Made by a program: the position numbers and the translations under genes. Under the pieces are notes generated by a model. It searched no databases. It saw only the letters and a program-made list of their open reading frames with translations, and had not been told where the DNA came from. This document shows positions 24,575 to 34,517 of a stretch of DNA of 64,000 bases, piece by piece. The DNA comes from Candidatus Binataceae bacterium (lineage in GTDB: Bacteria > Desulfobacterota > Binatia > Binatales > Binataceae): NCBI GenBank assembly GCA_035493515.1, contig DATJID010000026.1, positions 173 to 64,172 of the forward strand. Direction: 5' to 3'. Position 1 is the first letter of the stretch, and every line of letters begins with the position of its first letter.

Positions 24575-26245
24575 TCAGACCTCCATAACGTGCGGCACGA
24601 TAAGCGGCCGCTTGCCGAGTGCGTGGCTGAAGTAGTTGCGCAACGTATGCACGATTTCCGCACGGAGCATCGTGCCCTCCGCGCTGAACGGTCCCGCCGC
24701 GCGGTTGAGGCGCTCGGCCAGTTGTGCGCTTGCGCGCCGGATATGCGCCGAGGCGCCGTCGCCGATCAAAAGCCCGCGTGAGGTGAGTTCCGGACCGGCG
24801 ACGATCGCCCCGGTCTTCGACGAAACCGCGACCACGGCGAACACGGTACCGTCGCGTCCCAGCGTGCGCCGTTCGCTCAACAGGCCAGGGTCGCCGAATT
24901 CGCCGTCCTCGAGCAGGATGCGTCCGGCCTCGACCGCGCGCGCGCGACTGGCTGTCGGGCCCGCGCTCAAGGTCAGCGGCTCGCCGTCTTCGAGCAGAAA
25001 GCAGTGCGCCTCGGCGATGCCGGAAGCGGCGGCGAGCGCGACGTGGCGGCGCAGATGGCGATACTCGCCATGAATCGGCACGAAGTATTTCGGCCTGGTC
25101 AGCGCGATCAGTTCGGCGAGCTCGTCCTGGTTGGCGTGGCCGGAGACGTGCACCGGCGCCACCGATTCGTAGAAAACTTCGGCCCCGCGCTTGTACAACT
25201 GATTGACCAGCGTGTTGATGGTGCGTTCATTGCCGGGAATGAAGCGCGAGGAGAGCACTACCGTGTCGCCCGGTTCCACCCGCGCCCGCGGATGCGCGTC
25301 CGCGGCGATTCGCACCAGCGCCGAAAGCGGCTCGCCCTGGCTGCCACTGGCGAGAAAAGTCAATTTGCGCGATTCGAGGAATTCCGCCTCGGCCGGGTCG
25401 ATGTAGGTGCCGGGCGCAAACGGCAACTGGCCGAGTTCTAGACCCAGTCGCACGCTTTCGGCCATCCGGCGCCCCAGCGGAACAACCCGCCGCCCCATCT
25501 CGCGCGAGACCTCGGTCGCCTGGCGCATGCGATGCAGATGGGAAGAAAACACCGAGAGAAAAAACTTACCGCGGCCGCGCGAAACGATCTCGCGCAACAC
25601 GGGCTTAATCGAACTCTCCGCGCCCGAGCGGCCGGTACGCTCGACGTTGGTGGAATCCGACATCAGAAGTGCGACGCCTTGAGTACCCAATTCGGCGAAG
25701 CGCTCGTGGTCGAAGAATTCGCCGTCGATCGGCGTCGGGTCGATCTTGAAATCCCCGCTGTGCACGATTAGCCCGGCCGGAGTCGCGATCGCGAGCGCCA
25801 CCGCATCGGGTGTCGAATGGGTGACGCGGATCGGTTCGACGCCAAATGGACCGAGCTCGAAGCGGCGGCGAGGCTCGATCGTGTTCATGCGCGCGCCGAT
25901 CAAACCCTCCTGGTCGAGGCGGCGGCGCGCAAAGGCCAGCGTCACCTCCGTACCATAGACCGGCACGTTGAAGCGGCGCAGCAGATGCGGCAGCGCGCCG
26001 ACGTGGTCCTCATGAGCGTGGGTCAGAACGACGCCGAGAATTTCGAGGTGACTCTCCTGGAGGTAGGCGAGATCGGGCGCCAGCACGCCGAGTCCGAGCG
26101 TGCGCTCTTCGGGGAACATTACCCCGGCGTCGATTACGATCGCACGTCCGGCGCATTCGAGCACCGTCAGATTGAGCCCGATTTCGCCGAGCCCACCTAA
26201 AGGTACGATCCTGACCGACGAAGATGTCAATTCGTGGGATGCCAT
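24575..26245 (-). CDS. rnj: ribonuclease J (metallo-beta-lactamase / beta-CASP)
   Basis: VRIVPLGGLGEIG, HAHEDHVGALP (HxHxDH), VHVSGHA. ATG at 26245 preferred over the track start at 26302. Confidence 0.9.
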   Translation of the reverse strand: MASHELTSSSVRIVPLGGLGEIGLNLTVLECAGRAIVIDAGVMFPEERTLGLGVLAPDLAYLQESHLEILGVVLTHAHEDHVGALPHLLRRFNVPVYGTEVTLAFARRRLDQEGLIGARMNTIEPRRRFELGPFGVEPIRVTHSTPDAVALAIATPAGLIVHSGDFKIDPTPIDGEFFDHERFAELGTQGVALLMSDSTNVERTGRSGAESSIKPVLREIVSRGRGKFFLSVFSSHLHRMRQATEVSREMGRRVVPLGRRMAESVRLGLELGQLPFAPGTYIDPAEAEFLESRKLTFLASGSQGEPLSALVRIAADAHPRARVEPGDTVVLSSRFIPGNERTINTLVNQLYKRGAEVFYESVAPVHVSGHANQDELAELIALTRPKYFVPIHGEYRHLRRHVALAAASGIAEAHCFLLEDGEPLTLSAGPTASRARAVEAGRILLEDGEFGDPGLLSERRTLGRDGTVFAVVAVSSKTGAIVAGPELTSRGLLIGDGASAHIRRASAQLAERLNRAAGPFSAEGTMLRAEIVHTLRNYFSHALGKRPLIVPHVMEV

Positions 26246-26502
26246 CACCCTGAACCCCACCTCATCCGACCACCGCTGGCGATTATATAAAGCCCCCGGC
26301 AATGGCGAAAGCGGTATCGGGAGCGGCCCGAAGCGCCAATCGGAGGCTTCCAGAGCTAGGTTACTGTATCAACAGTCGGTGGATTCGCCTCAGTCCGGGC
26401 GGTTGCGCCGGATGCGCGCCGGCGTTAGGTTCCCAACATAGGGAAGATTAAAGATTCCACCAAAGGTGCATGCGAGTCGGAGAGCTTCTCGCCTAAACCA
26501 CG

Positions 26503-26949
26503 ATGTCAGTAAACAAAGTCATCCTGCTCGGCAATCTCGGACGCGATCCCGAAGTGCGCTACCTGCCCTCGGGGCAGCCGGTCGCCAATTTTTCGGTGGC
26601 AACCAGCGAGCGCTTCAAGGGACGCGATGGCACCAACAAAGAATCCACCGAGTGGCATAACATCGTCGTCTACGGCAAACAGGCCGAGTTGTGCAGCCAG
26701 TACCTGAAGAAGGGGCGGCAGGTTTATATCGAAGGGCGCCTGACCACGCGGCAATGGGAAGCCAAGGACGGGACCGGTAAGCGCACGCGCACCGAGGTTG
26801 TCGCGCAGCGCGTGCAATTCCTGGGCGGCCGCGGCGAGGGTGCGGGCGGTGGCGCGGGAGGAGTGCGCGGCGGCGCAATGGATGAACCGGAAGATTTCAG
26901 TAACGACATGCCGCCGGCCGGCCCCGACGACGACGATATCCCTTTTTAG
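26503..26949 (+). CDS. ssb: single-stranded DNA-binding protein
   Basis: [22 protein letters not shown]-fold N-terminus, Gly-rich linker, acidic tip DDDIPF. Confidence 0.95.
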   Translation: MSVNKVILLGNLGRDPEVRYLPSGQPVANFSVATSERFKGRDGTNKESTEWHNIVVYGKQAELCSQYLKKGRQVYIEGRLTTRQWEAKDGTGKRTRTEVVAQRVQFLGGRGEGAGGGAGGVRGGAMDEPEDFSNDMPPAGPDDDDIPF

Positions 26950-27016
26950 ATAGTCCGCTCTACAATCGCAGCCTCGCATTACGTCGCATACCGTTCGCGC
27001 CGCGAACGCGCCCCGC

Positions 27017-27044
27017 TTGACAGACAACAGAGCGTACTTAACTT
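27017..27044 (+). promoter_or_regulatory. candidate sigma70-type promoter of the hsp20 pair (TTGACA-16 nt-TAACTT)
   Basis: Perfect -35 at 27017-27022 and a TAnnnT -10 at 27039-27044, about 50 nt before the ATG at 27095. The TTG of the -35 is the track's spurious ORF start. Confidence 0.45.
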
Positions 27045-27094
27045 TCCACTCGAATGATGCTGCTCAACAGCTTTTTTCGATAGGAGGATTATTT

Positions 27095-27538
27095 ATGGCT
27101 CTGATACGTTTTCAGGAGCTGGATCCGGTCAGACACCTCCTGGCGCTGCAGCAGGAGCTGGACCGGTTCCAACGCAATCCCGGCTTCAGTCTCGGCCCGT
27201 CCGGCCACGGCGCCTTCCCATCGGTCAACCTGTTTGAAGATCGTGACGGGATGGTTGTGATCGCCGAACTGCCGGGAGTCGAGCCGGAAACGCTCAAGGT
27301 GGCCGGACAGGGCAGAACACTGACGATCAGCGGCGAACGGCGACGCGAGACTCCGACCGACTCCGTGGGATACCATCGCCGCGAACGTCCCTTCGGCGAA
27401 TTCTCCCGCTCCATTCAATTGCCCGAGAGTTTCGATCTAGCCAACGCCACGGCCTCGTGCGCAGCGGGCGTTCTGACGGTTCGCGTGTCCAAGTCGGAGT
27501 CGGCCAGGCTGCGCCAAATCCAAGTTCAGAGTAATTGA
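27095..27538 (+). CDS. Hsp20/alpha-crystallin family small heat-shock protein
   Basis: FPSVNLFEDRDGMVVIAELPGV...GVLTVRVSK alpha-crystallin core. TAGGAGGA RBS lies 6 nt before the ATG. Confidence 0.9.
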   Translation: MALIRFQELDPVRHLLALQQELDRFQRNPGFSLGPSGHGAFPSVNLFEDRDGMVVIAELPGVEPETLKVAGQGRTLTISGERRRETPTDSVGYHRRERPFGEFSRSIQLPESFDLANATASCAAGVLTVRVSKSESARLRQIQVQSN

Positions 27539-27580
27539 GCAGGAGGGCCGAGCAGGAATATCGAGGAGGATGTAATTGCG

Positions 27581-27982
27581 ATGATACCCGAGCAGGAAAT
27601 CGTTACCAAAGAAAAACAACCGGTCGAGGGAACCGAAAAAACCCGTCCGGGGCGCTACTTCGTGCCCGACGTCGATATCTGCGAGAACGACGAAATGCTG
27701 CGGCTGTGGGCCGACATGCCTGGCGTGACGGAGAAGGAAGTCGAGGTCATCCTGAAGGATGGGATGCTGACGATCACCGGGATGGTGGACGCTTCGATCT
27801 ACAACCAGCTCTCGCCGCTGTATACCGAATACAACGTCGGCAATTTCTATCGCCAGTTCGCGCTCAACGAAGAAATAGACGATTCGCGGATCAAAGCCCG
27901 GATGCGCAACGGCGTGCTGGAAGTCGAGCTACCCAAGCGCGAGCACGCGAAGCCCCGCAAAATCGAAGTGCAAAGCGCCTAG
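27581..27982 (+). CDS. Hsp20/alpha-crystallin family small heat-shock protein (second copy)
   Basis: PDVDICENDEMLRLWADMPGV...RNGVLEVELPK; GAGGAGGA RBS upstream. Confidence 0.9.
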   Translation: MIPEQEIVTKEKQPVEGTEKTRPGRYFVPDVDICENDEMLRLWADMPGVTEKEVEVILKDGMLTITGMVDASIYNQLSPLYTEYNVGNFYRQFALNEEIDDSRIKARMRNGVLEVELPKREHAKPRKIEVQSA

Positions 27983-27995
27983 ACGCTCTGCAGAG

Positions 27996-28352
27996 TCAGA
28001 GACGAACGATCTTCGGCGGCGGCGCGGACCGAGCATCGCTCCGCGCCACCGCCACGAACGCGTCGACCGCGTCGCGTAATTTATCGAGCGCGATTCCCAT
28101 GTGCTCCGCCGGCAGCGAATCTAGCTTCGCACGCGCCTTTTCCCATGTCGATCGCGCGCCGCGCGGATTGCCGCGCTCAGCGTGCAGGATCGCCACCGCC
28201 GACTGTATCATCCCCTGATAGAAGAGCCTCTCGGCGCCGCTCGCTTGCTTCCAGAGATCCTCCCAGACTTCGTGGCAATCGAAGAAGCGACCTGCGTTGA
28301 AAAGCTCGATCCCCTCGATCCACAAATCGCGCGCGTCCTTGGAGGGCATCAC
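27996..28352 (-). CDS. DUF309-domain protein
   Basis: GIELFNAGRFFDCHEVWEDLWK...LFYQGMIQSAVAILHAERGNPRGA is the DUF309 signature as I remember it. Confidence 0.7.
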   Translation of the reverse strand: MMPSKDARDLWIEGIELFNAGRFFDCHEVWEDLWKQASGAERLFYQGMIQSAVAILHAERGNPRGARSTWEKARAKLDSLPAEHMGIALDKLRDAVDAFVAVARSDARSAPPPKIVRL

Positions 28353-28492
28353 TTTACATTAGCTCTACAGCGATAATGCGATATTGGCGCGACCGGCGAT
28401 GATGGCGTCACTGGCCGCCTGCGCGCGGACTGGTACAAACTGACTTCAAGTAACACTTGAAGTCGCCCGTTCGGCGGCGCCTCAGGCCAAAC

Positions 28493-28533
28493 GGCAACGG
28501 CCGCGGGCGCGAATCGCGCCGGCGGCCGTTGCC
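28493..28533 (-). terminator. long GC-rich hairpin 37 nt downstream of the amidohydrolase stop (possible terminator)
   Basis: 19-nt arms, 28493-28511 against 28515-28533, with 18 pairs, 1 mismatch and a 3-nt loop. Only a weak U tract (GUUUGG) follows on the minus strand. Confidence 0.35.
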
Positions 28534-28569
28534 CATTATTCCGACCTTCGTTTTCTTTCGCGCGCGCCG

Positions 28570-30279
28570 CTATGCGGCCACTCCGTGGCGCAGCAACTTG
28601 CCCGGCGTAGCGCCCGTGCAATCGCCCTCGGTGAAAGTGATCGCGCCATTGACCAGGATATGGCGATAACCTTCCGCCCGCTGAACGCGGCGCCATTCGT
28701 TGCCCGGCAAATCATGCACGATCTCGACCGGCCCGACGCCGAGCTTTTCGAAATCGTAGATCACGATGTCGGCCGGCGCGCCCTCGCGCAGGAAGCCGCG
28801 GTCCTTGAAGCCCGCGCAAAACGCCGGCAGCGCGCTGAGCCGCCAGTGAATTTCCTCCAGCGTGAGCCATCCGCGCTCGCGCACGAAGCTCGCGATGCCT
28901 TCGGTCGGGTAACGGCCCGCGGTGAGGAACTTGGTATGCGCGCCGCCGTCCGAAACGCCGAACGTGATGTACGGGTAGTCGATTATCTCCTTCATCAGCG
29001 CGGGATCGCGATTGATCGCCGGCGCGAAGAATTCGGTCTTAAGGTTATCGGCCACAGCCAGGTCGCACATCACGTCAACCGGATCCTTGCCGTCGCGCTC
29101 ACCCGCCTTGCGCAGCGTCATCCCTTCGAGATGACGCAGCTTGTCGTCGATCACCTGCGTGATGACGATCTGATCGAAGAAGCTCGTGATCAGTCCCTCA
29201 CGCGGCAGATTGGTCTTGAGCCCGTGGCGGCGCGAGGGATCGGCGAGCTTCTCCTTGCGCTCCTCGAGCGTGCCGGTCGTGACTTCGCGCCACGAATCGG
29301 AGTCGTCGAACAGGTTCCAGTCCTCGAAGGTGAAGGTCAGGCCGGCCTCGGTGGTGATGCCCTGGCCGTAGACCGGAATGCCATTGATGCGGCACCGATC
29401 GAGCCATCGAATCATGTTGCGATGGCGATGTGGAAAGCGGTCCTGCGACTGCACGGCCTCGAACATGATCGGGCGGCCACTGATTTTCGCCAGTTCCTCG
29501 TAATGGCGCGCGTCCTCTTTCGGATTCCAGCTCGCCAGGGTCATTTCCTGGAAGCCCTCGCCGCGCTCACCGAGCACTTTCGCGAAAACCTTGCAGGTCT
29601 CATCGTGCATCACGTCGGTGTTCATCGGCGAGCCGTCCCAGTCGCGCTGCACCGCTGAAGGTCCGTCGGGCTTGAGCCGCTGCGCCGACCATCCGTAGGC
29701 GCCGGCGTCCATCGCTTCGTTGAGCAGATGGGCCATCATGCGATGCTCGTCGTCGGTCGGCATGCGGCCGGTCTTGGACTGCTCGATCCCCATCACGTAG
29801 CCCATCAACGGGTTCACTGGCACGTAGGGCAGCACGTTTACGCCCTTGGGCAGGCGCTCGATGCGGTCGAGGAACTCGGGATAGGTGTGCCAGTCCCACG
29901 GCATCGCGGCCTTCATCGCGGCCAGCGGAATAGCCTCGGTGCGCGTCATCGTCAGCATCGCACGCTCTTCGTCGCCCGGCTTGACCGGCGCGAAACCGAA
30001 GCCGCAGTTGCCGATGACCACCGAGGTCACGCCGTGCCATCCGGAAATGGTGAGCCAGGGATCCCAGAACAGTTGCGCATCGTAGTGCGTGTGGAGGTCG
30101 ATGAAGCCCGGGGCCACGATGAGGCCGCGCGCGTCGATCACCTCTTTGGCTTCGCTGGACGCGATACGTCCGATCCTGGCGATGCGTCCGTTTTTGATTC
30201 CGATGTCGCCGCGGATGCGCGGTGCGCGGGTCCCATCGATGATCATTCCGTCTTTGATGACAATGTCGAATTCTGGCAT
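28570..30279 (-). CDS. N-acyl-D-amino-acid deacylase-family amidohydrolase
   Basis: MPEFDIVIKDGMIIDGTRAPRIRGDIGIKNGRIARIG...GFIDLHTHYD, typical D-aminoacylase N-terminus. ATG at 30279 preferred. Confidence 0.8.
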   Translation of the reverse strand: MPEFDIVIKDGMIIDGTRAPRIRGDIGIKNGRIARIGRIASSEAKEVIDARGLIVAPGFIDLHTHYDAQLFWDPWLTISGWHGVTSVVIGNCGFGFAPVKPGDEERAMLTMTRTEAIPLAAMKAAMPWDWHTYPEFLDRIERLPKGVNVLPYVPVNPLMGYVMGIEQSKTGRMPTDDEHRMMAHLLNEAMDAGAYGWSAQRLKPDGPSAVQRDWDGSPMNTDVMHDETCKVFAKVLGERGEGFQEMTLASWNPKEDARHYEELAKISGRPIMFEAVQSQDRFPHRHRNMIRWLDRCRINGIPVYGQGITTEAGLTFTFEDWNLFDDSDSWREVTTGTLEERKEKLADPSRRHGLKTNLPREGLITSFFDQIVITQVIDDKLRHLEGMTLRKAGERDGKDPVDVMCDLAVADNLKTEFFAPAINRDPALMKEIIDYPYITFGVSDGGAHTKFLTAGRYPTEGIASFVRERGWLTLEEIHWRLSALPAFCAGFKDRGFLREGAPADIVIYDFEKLGVGPVEIVHDLPGNEWRRVQRAEGYRHILVNGAITFTEGDCTGATPGKLLRHGVAA

Positions 30280-30455
30280 CAGGCAGATCTCCGCATTGGT
30301 TAGAGTTGCGTACCTCTCATGCTTCGCATTAATCGGAACGCGACGCAAGAAAAGGCGCGCTTATCAAGCAAGCGTTTGGCGAGTGGATGCGGCCAGTGGG
30401 TAAGATATCGACGCGCGTTCATTTGGCGAACGCCGTTTGGCAGGCGCGAGTGGAG

Positions 30456-30998
30456 TCAGTTCTTATGGGAGCCGGGCTCGAGCTCGACGCCGATCGGCAC
30501 GATAATCCGCACCACCGCATTGTAGAACGCGACGCTCATCGCGAGCTCCATAATACGGCGATTGTCGAGAAAGCTGCGCAGCGCGTCGAAAGTCTTGTCG
30601 CTCACCTTGATATTGGTGGTCGCTTCGGCCGCGTAGCGCATCACGGCGCGCTCGTGTTCGTTGAAGAGCGGCGAGCGCTCGAACTCGGCCAGTTGCTCGA
30701 GCTGTTCGCGGCTGACGCCGGCGCCCAGCGCGATATTCCAGTGATGGACGAATTCATACTCGGCGCCCGCGATGCGTCCGACGGTCATCAGCGCCAGTTC
30801 GCGCAGCCGCGGGTCGAGCTTGGTGTGATTGCGCAGTTCGAGCGCCATCGCCGAGAACCGCCGCAGCAGATTGGGCGCGTTGGCGATCACGCGATGGATG
30901 TGCATGGGCGGCGCGCCGCGGTCGCGCTCGTGCTCGTCGAAAACCTCGTTTCCTTCGGCATCCAGATCTTCGCGGCTAACGTACGGCAATCGCGCCAT
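30456..30998 (-). CDS. carboxymuconolactone decarboxylase (AhpD-like) family protein
   Basis: 180 aa. MARLPYVSREDLD...NAPNLLRRF...RELALMTVGRIAGAEYEFVHH matches CMD-family features. Confidence 0.7.
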   Translation of the reverse strand: MARLPYVSREDLDAEGNEVFDEHERDRGAPPMHIHRVIANAPNLLRRFSAMALELRNHTKLDPRLRELALMTVGRIAGAEYEFVHHWNIALGAGVSREQLEQLAEFERSPLFNEHERAVMRYAAEATTNIKVSDKTFDALRSFLDNRRIMELAMSVAFYNAVVRIIVPIGVELEPGSHKN

Positions 30999-31034
30999 CG
31001 GAAATTTCCTTCTATATGATGAGGAACTGGACGC

Positions 31035-32750
31035 TCAGGCGAACAGCATCTCCGACATCGCGCCGCCCGGCGGAATCATCGGCATCACCGCCTCTTCCTT
31101 GGGGATCACGACGTCGATCAGCACCGGTCCGGGCGTGCTGAAAGCCTCTTTCATGGTGCGCGCGAGCTCGCTCTGCTTCTCGATTCGAAAGCCGCGCGCT
31201 CCATAAGCCTCGGCCAGCTTGACGAAGTTCGGCACCGACATGGCGGAGTACGAGTAGCGCTCCTGGTAGAACTTCTCCTGCCACTGCCGCACCATCCCGA
31301 GGAAGTAGTTGTTCAGGATGATGACCTTGACGTCGACGTTGTACTGAACCGCGGTGCCGAGTTCCTGGATGTTCATCTGGATCGAACCGTCGCCCGAGAC
31401 CACCACGACTTTGCGGTCAGGCGCCGCGAACTTGGCGCCAATTCCGGCCGGCAAGCCGTAACCCATCGTGCCCAGCCCGCCCGAAGTCAGGAACGAGCGC
31501 GGCTTCTCGAACGGGAAAAGTTGCGCGACCCACATCTGATGCTGGCCGACGTCGGTGGCGACGATGCAGTCGCCCTTGGTCAGCCCGTGCATCTCCTCGA
31601 GCACGTGGATGGGCGAGACGGCGTCGCCCTGGCGCGGTCCGTTGCCGTTTTCGTAGAGCGGCTTCTCGCGCTTCCACTGGAGAATCTGCTGATGCCATTT
31701 CGTCCAGGCCGCGCGGCGCTTGGCGATCGACTCGCGTCCTTTGACCACCGTCAGCATGTCGGCCAGCACCGATTTGATATCGCCAACGATTGGAATGTCG
31801 ACCTTTACGTTTTTGGAAATCGACGACGGATCGATATCGATATGAACGATGGCCTTGGCGTGGGGCGCGAAGTCCGCGATGCGGCCGGTGACGCGATCGT
31901 CGAAGCGCGCGCCGATCGACACCAGGCAATCCGTGTTGCATACGGCCGTGTTGGTGCCGTACGAGCCGTGCATCCCGAGCATCCCCAGGCATAGCGGGTC
32001 GGAGGCTGGCACCGAGCCGAGGCCCATCAGAGTTTCGGTCACCGGGATGCCCATCCCGCGCGCAAGCTGAGTAAGTTCGGGCGCCGCGCCCGACCATTGC
32101 ACCCCGCCGCCGACGTAGAAAAGCGGCTTGTCGCTTTTTTCGAGCGCCTCGATAGCGCGTTCGATCTGGCGCGGATTACCCTTGAGGTTCGGCTTGTAGC
32201 CGCGCAATTCGACGCGCTCGGGATATTTGAAAACGTGCTCGGCCTGCTGCACGTCCTTGGGCACGTCGACCACCACCGGACCGGGACGGCCGGTGCTTGA
32301 GATATAGAACGCCTCTTTGATAATGCGCGCCACGTCGCGCACGTCCTTGATCAGGTAGTTGTGCTTGGTGCAGGGGCGCGTGATGCCGACGAAATCAGCC
32401 TCTTGGAAAGCGTCATTGCCGATCATCGTGGTCGGCACCTGGCCCGAAATGACCACCATCGGAGTCGAGTCCATATTGGCGTCGGCGATGCCGGTGACCG
32501 TATTGGTCGCGCCGGGCCCCGAGGTAACCATCACCACGCCGGGGCGTCCGCTGACACGCGCGTAGCCTTCGGCCATGTGCGCGGCACCCTGCTCGTGGCG
32601 GACCAGGACGTGCTTGATTTTGGAATCGAGCAGGGCGTCGTAGGTGGGCAGAATCGCGCCGCCCGGATAACCGAAGATTACGTCGACGCCTTCGGCGATC
32701 AGGCTTTCGATGATGATTTGCGCTCCGCTAAGTTTCTTCATCGGCGACAC
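31035..32750 (-). CDS. ilvB: acetolactate synthase large (catalytic) subunit, biosynthetic type
   Basis: 571 aa. GAQIIIESLIAEGVDVIFGYPGGAILPTYDAL, GPGATN, and the ThDP motif GLGTMGYGLPAGIGA...SGDGSIQMNIQEL. Confidence 0.9.
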   Translation of the reverse strand: MSPMKKLSGAQIIIESLIAEGVDVIFGYPGGAILPTYDALLDSKIKHVLVRHEQGAAHMAEGYARVSGRPGVVMVTSGPGATNTVTGIADANMDSTPMVVISGQVPTTMIGNDAFQEADFVGITRPCTKHNYLIKDVRDVARIIKEAFYISSTGRPGPVVVDVPKDVQQAEHVFKYPERVELRGYKPNLKGNPRQIERAIEALEKSDKPLFYVGGGVQWSGAAPELTQLARGMGIPVTETLMGLGSVPASDPLCLGMLGMHGSYGTNTAVCNTDCLVSIGARFDDRVTGRIADFAPHAKAIVHIDIDPSSISKNVKVDIPIVGDIKSVLADMLTVVKGRESIAKRRAAWTKWHQQILQWKREKPLYENGNGPRQGDAVSPIHVLEEMHGLTKGDCIVATDVGQHQMWVAQLFPFEKPRSFLTSGGLGTMGYGLPAGIGAKFAAPDRKVVVVSGDGSIQMNIQELGTAVQYNVDVKVIILNNYFLGMVRQWQEKFYQERYSYSAMSVPNFVKLAEAYGARGFRIEKQSELARTMKEAFSTPGPVLIDVVIPKEEAVMPMIPPGGAMSEMLFA

Positions 32751-32870
32751 TGCTGCACGAACAGACCTCCCTGGAGTTAGACCGCACAGGGTACACCAAA
32801 CGAAGGGAACGGCTCAACGCGCCCCGCCGGCGCGGGCTTTGAAGAGCTGGCCTACATGCCCCGGCGCCGT

Positions 32871-34517
32871 TCAGTAGCGCAGAACGAACCGCACGTCGCC
32901 CAAGCGAACCTGGTTGCCGCTTATGACCTGCACCGAGCCATGCACCGGCTGCTCGTTGACGTAGCTGCCGTTGGTCGAGTTGAGGTCGGTCAGCTCGAAA
33001 ACCCCGTTGCGGCGCATCAGGCGGGCGTGCGCGCGCGAGACGCTCGCGTGGGGAATCACCAGGTCGTTGTCCTCGCCGCGGCCCAGTGTGACCTCGTCCT
33101 TGAACAGGCTGTATTCGGCAGGCACGGGATCGATCGCCTCGAGCAGACTGAGCCGCGCCTCATGCGCCGCCATCGGGCCCGACGGAGTTGCCGGCGTCGA
33201 AGAAACGGTGCGCGCCGGGGCGGCGGGCCGCGCGGTCACCGGAGCGCGCACGGCGGCGCGCGGCGGCGCGGGCTGGTTCTGGGCCTCGACGATCGCCTTG
33301 AGCTCGTCGGCCGAAAGGCCGAAGCGCATCCGCGAGAGACCGAACAACCCCATGATCGCAATCAACGGCACCGCCAGGTTCCACCAGTTGAAGGACAACT
33401 GCTGAAGACCCGTGCCGCCCAGGTTCGCGCCCGCGTCCGCACCTTCTCCTTCGGGCACGTTGATGGTTGCGCCGCCGACCCCGTGGACCTGGTAGGAGGT
33501 GGTGGCGGAGGCGGTCTGGCCGTTGTAGGTGATTTTGAGCTCGACCGTGCGATTGGTGCCGTCCTCGATCGGCCGCGGTGTGCGATAGGTCAGCGAGTAT
33601 TCGGTCGCGATTGAATGGCCGATCTCGCGCACCAGCGAAGCGAAGCGGCCTTCCTCGGTCACGATGTTGTACGAGCGTCCGTGCGTGGCCTGCACGATCT
33701 CGGCGTACTCGGGCGCGATGAACGGCGGCGGCACCACGGCGTATAGCGTCAGCCCATTGCGCTTCATCATGGTCGCGACGTCGCTGCCGGTCAGGTCGGT
33801 CACATCCTGGCCTTTCTGATGGTGATCCCAGAAGCCCTGGTCGTGCTGGGTGTTGGCGGAGCCGTCGCCCTTATGATGCGGCGGGGCGTCGGTGATGATG
33901 ATGATGATGCCCTGGGCCTGCGGACGGAAGGGAAAGCTAGAAGCGTAGGCGAGCGCGTCGAGCTGGTCTTCGGGAATATCGCCGCCGCCCGAAGCGTGCA
34001 GCGTGCCGACCCACTTGATGAACTGGTTAACGTCCGAGGTCATGGTCTTCTGATAGGGGCAATTGCAGTCGGGATATTTCGAGACCACGTAGTCCTCGAA
34101 CGTGACCAGGCCCAGGCGGTAGTCGCGATTGTTGGAAGCGAGGTCGTGGGCGAAATTCACCATGTTCTGTTTGATCGCGTCGATGTAAGGCTGCATCGAT
34201 TCGGTCACGTCCATCACGAACACGAGGTCGACCGGACGGCCCTGCCCCACCCCGCGAAAATCCAGAATCTTGGCCAGCTTGCCATCCTCGAAAACCTGCA
34301 AATTGTCGGGGCGCAGATTACCCACCGGCTGGCCGTCCTGATCGGTCAATCCGAAATCGAGTTCGACGCCGCCATCGGAATCGAAATGCTGCAGGCCGGG
34401 ATTGCCGACCACCACGTGCATCGCGGCCAGCGCATCCGATGCCGCGCACAGCTGGAGTCCGAGCAGCGCGGCCATGACCAGCGCCATCGTGCTCACCGCT
34501 AACGGAATACGCTTCAT
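32871..34517 (-). CDS. membrane protein: periplasmic von Willebrand A domain - TM helix - cytoplasmic FHA domain
   Basis: Signal peptide. VWA with MIDAS-like DLVFVMDVTES (about 34232-33594). TM WWNLAVPLIAIMGLFGL (33389-33327). Pro/Ala linker. FHA VTLGRGEDNDLVIPHASVSRAHARL...LNSTNGSYVN (33113-32880). Confidence 0.85.
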   Translation of the reverse strand: MKRIPLAVSTMALVMAALLGLQLCAASDALAAMHVVVGNPGLQHFDSDGGVELDFGLTDQDGQPVGNLRPDNLQVFEDGKLAKILDFRGVGQGRPVDLVFVMDVTESMQPYIDAIKQNMVNFAHDLASNNRDYRLGLVTFEDYVVSKYPDCNCPYQKTMTSDVNQFIKWVGTLHASGGGDIPEDQLDALAYASSFPFRPQAQGIIIIITDAPPHHKGDGSANTQHDQGFWDHHQKGQDVTDLTGSDVATMMKRNGLTLYAVVPPPFIAPEYAEIVQATHGRSYNIVTEEGRFASLVREIGHSIATEYSLTYRTPRPIEDGTNRTVELKITYNGQTASATTSYQVHGVGGATINVPEGEGADAGANLGGTGLQQLSFNWWNLAVPLIAIMGLFGLSRMRFGLSADELKAIVEAQNQPAPPRAAVRAPVTARPAAPARTVSSTPATPSGPMAAHEARLSLLEAIDPVPAEYSLFKDEVTLGRGEDNDLVIPHASVSRAHARLMRRNGVFELTDLNSTNGSYVNEQPVHGSVQVISGNQVRLGDVRFVLRY

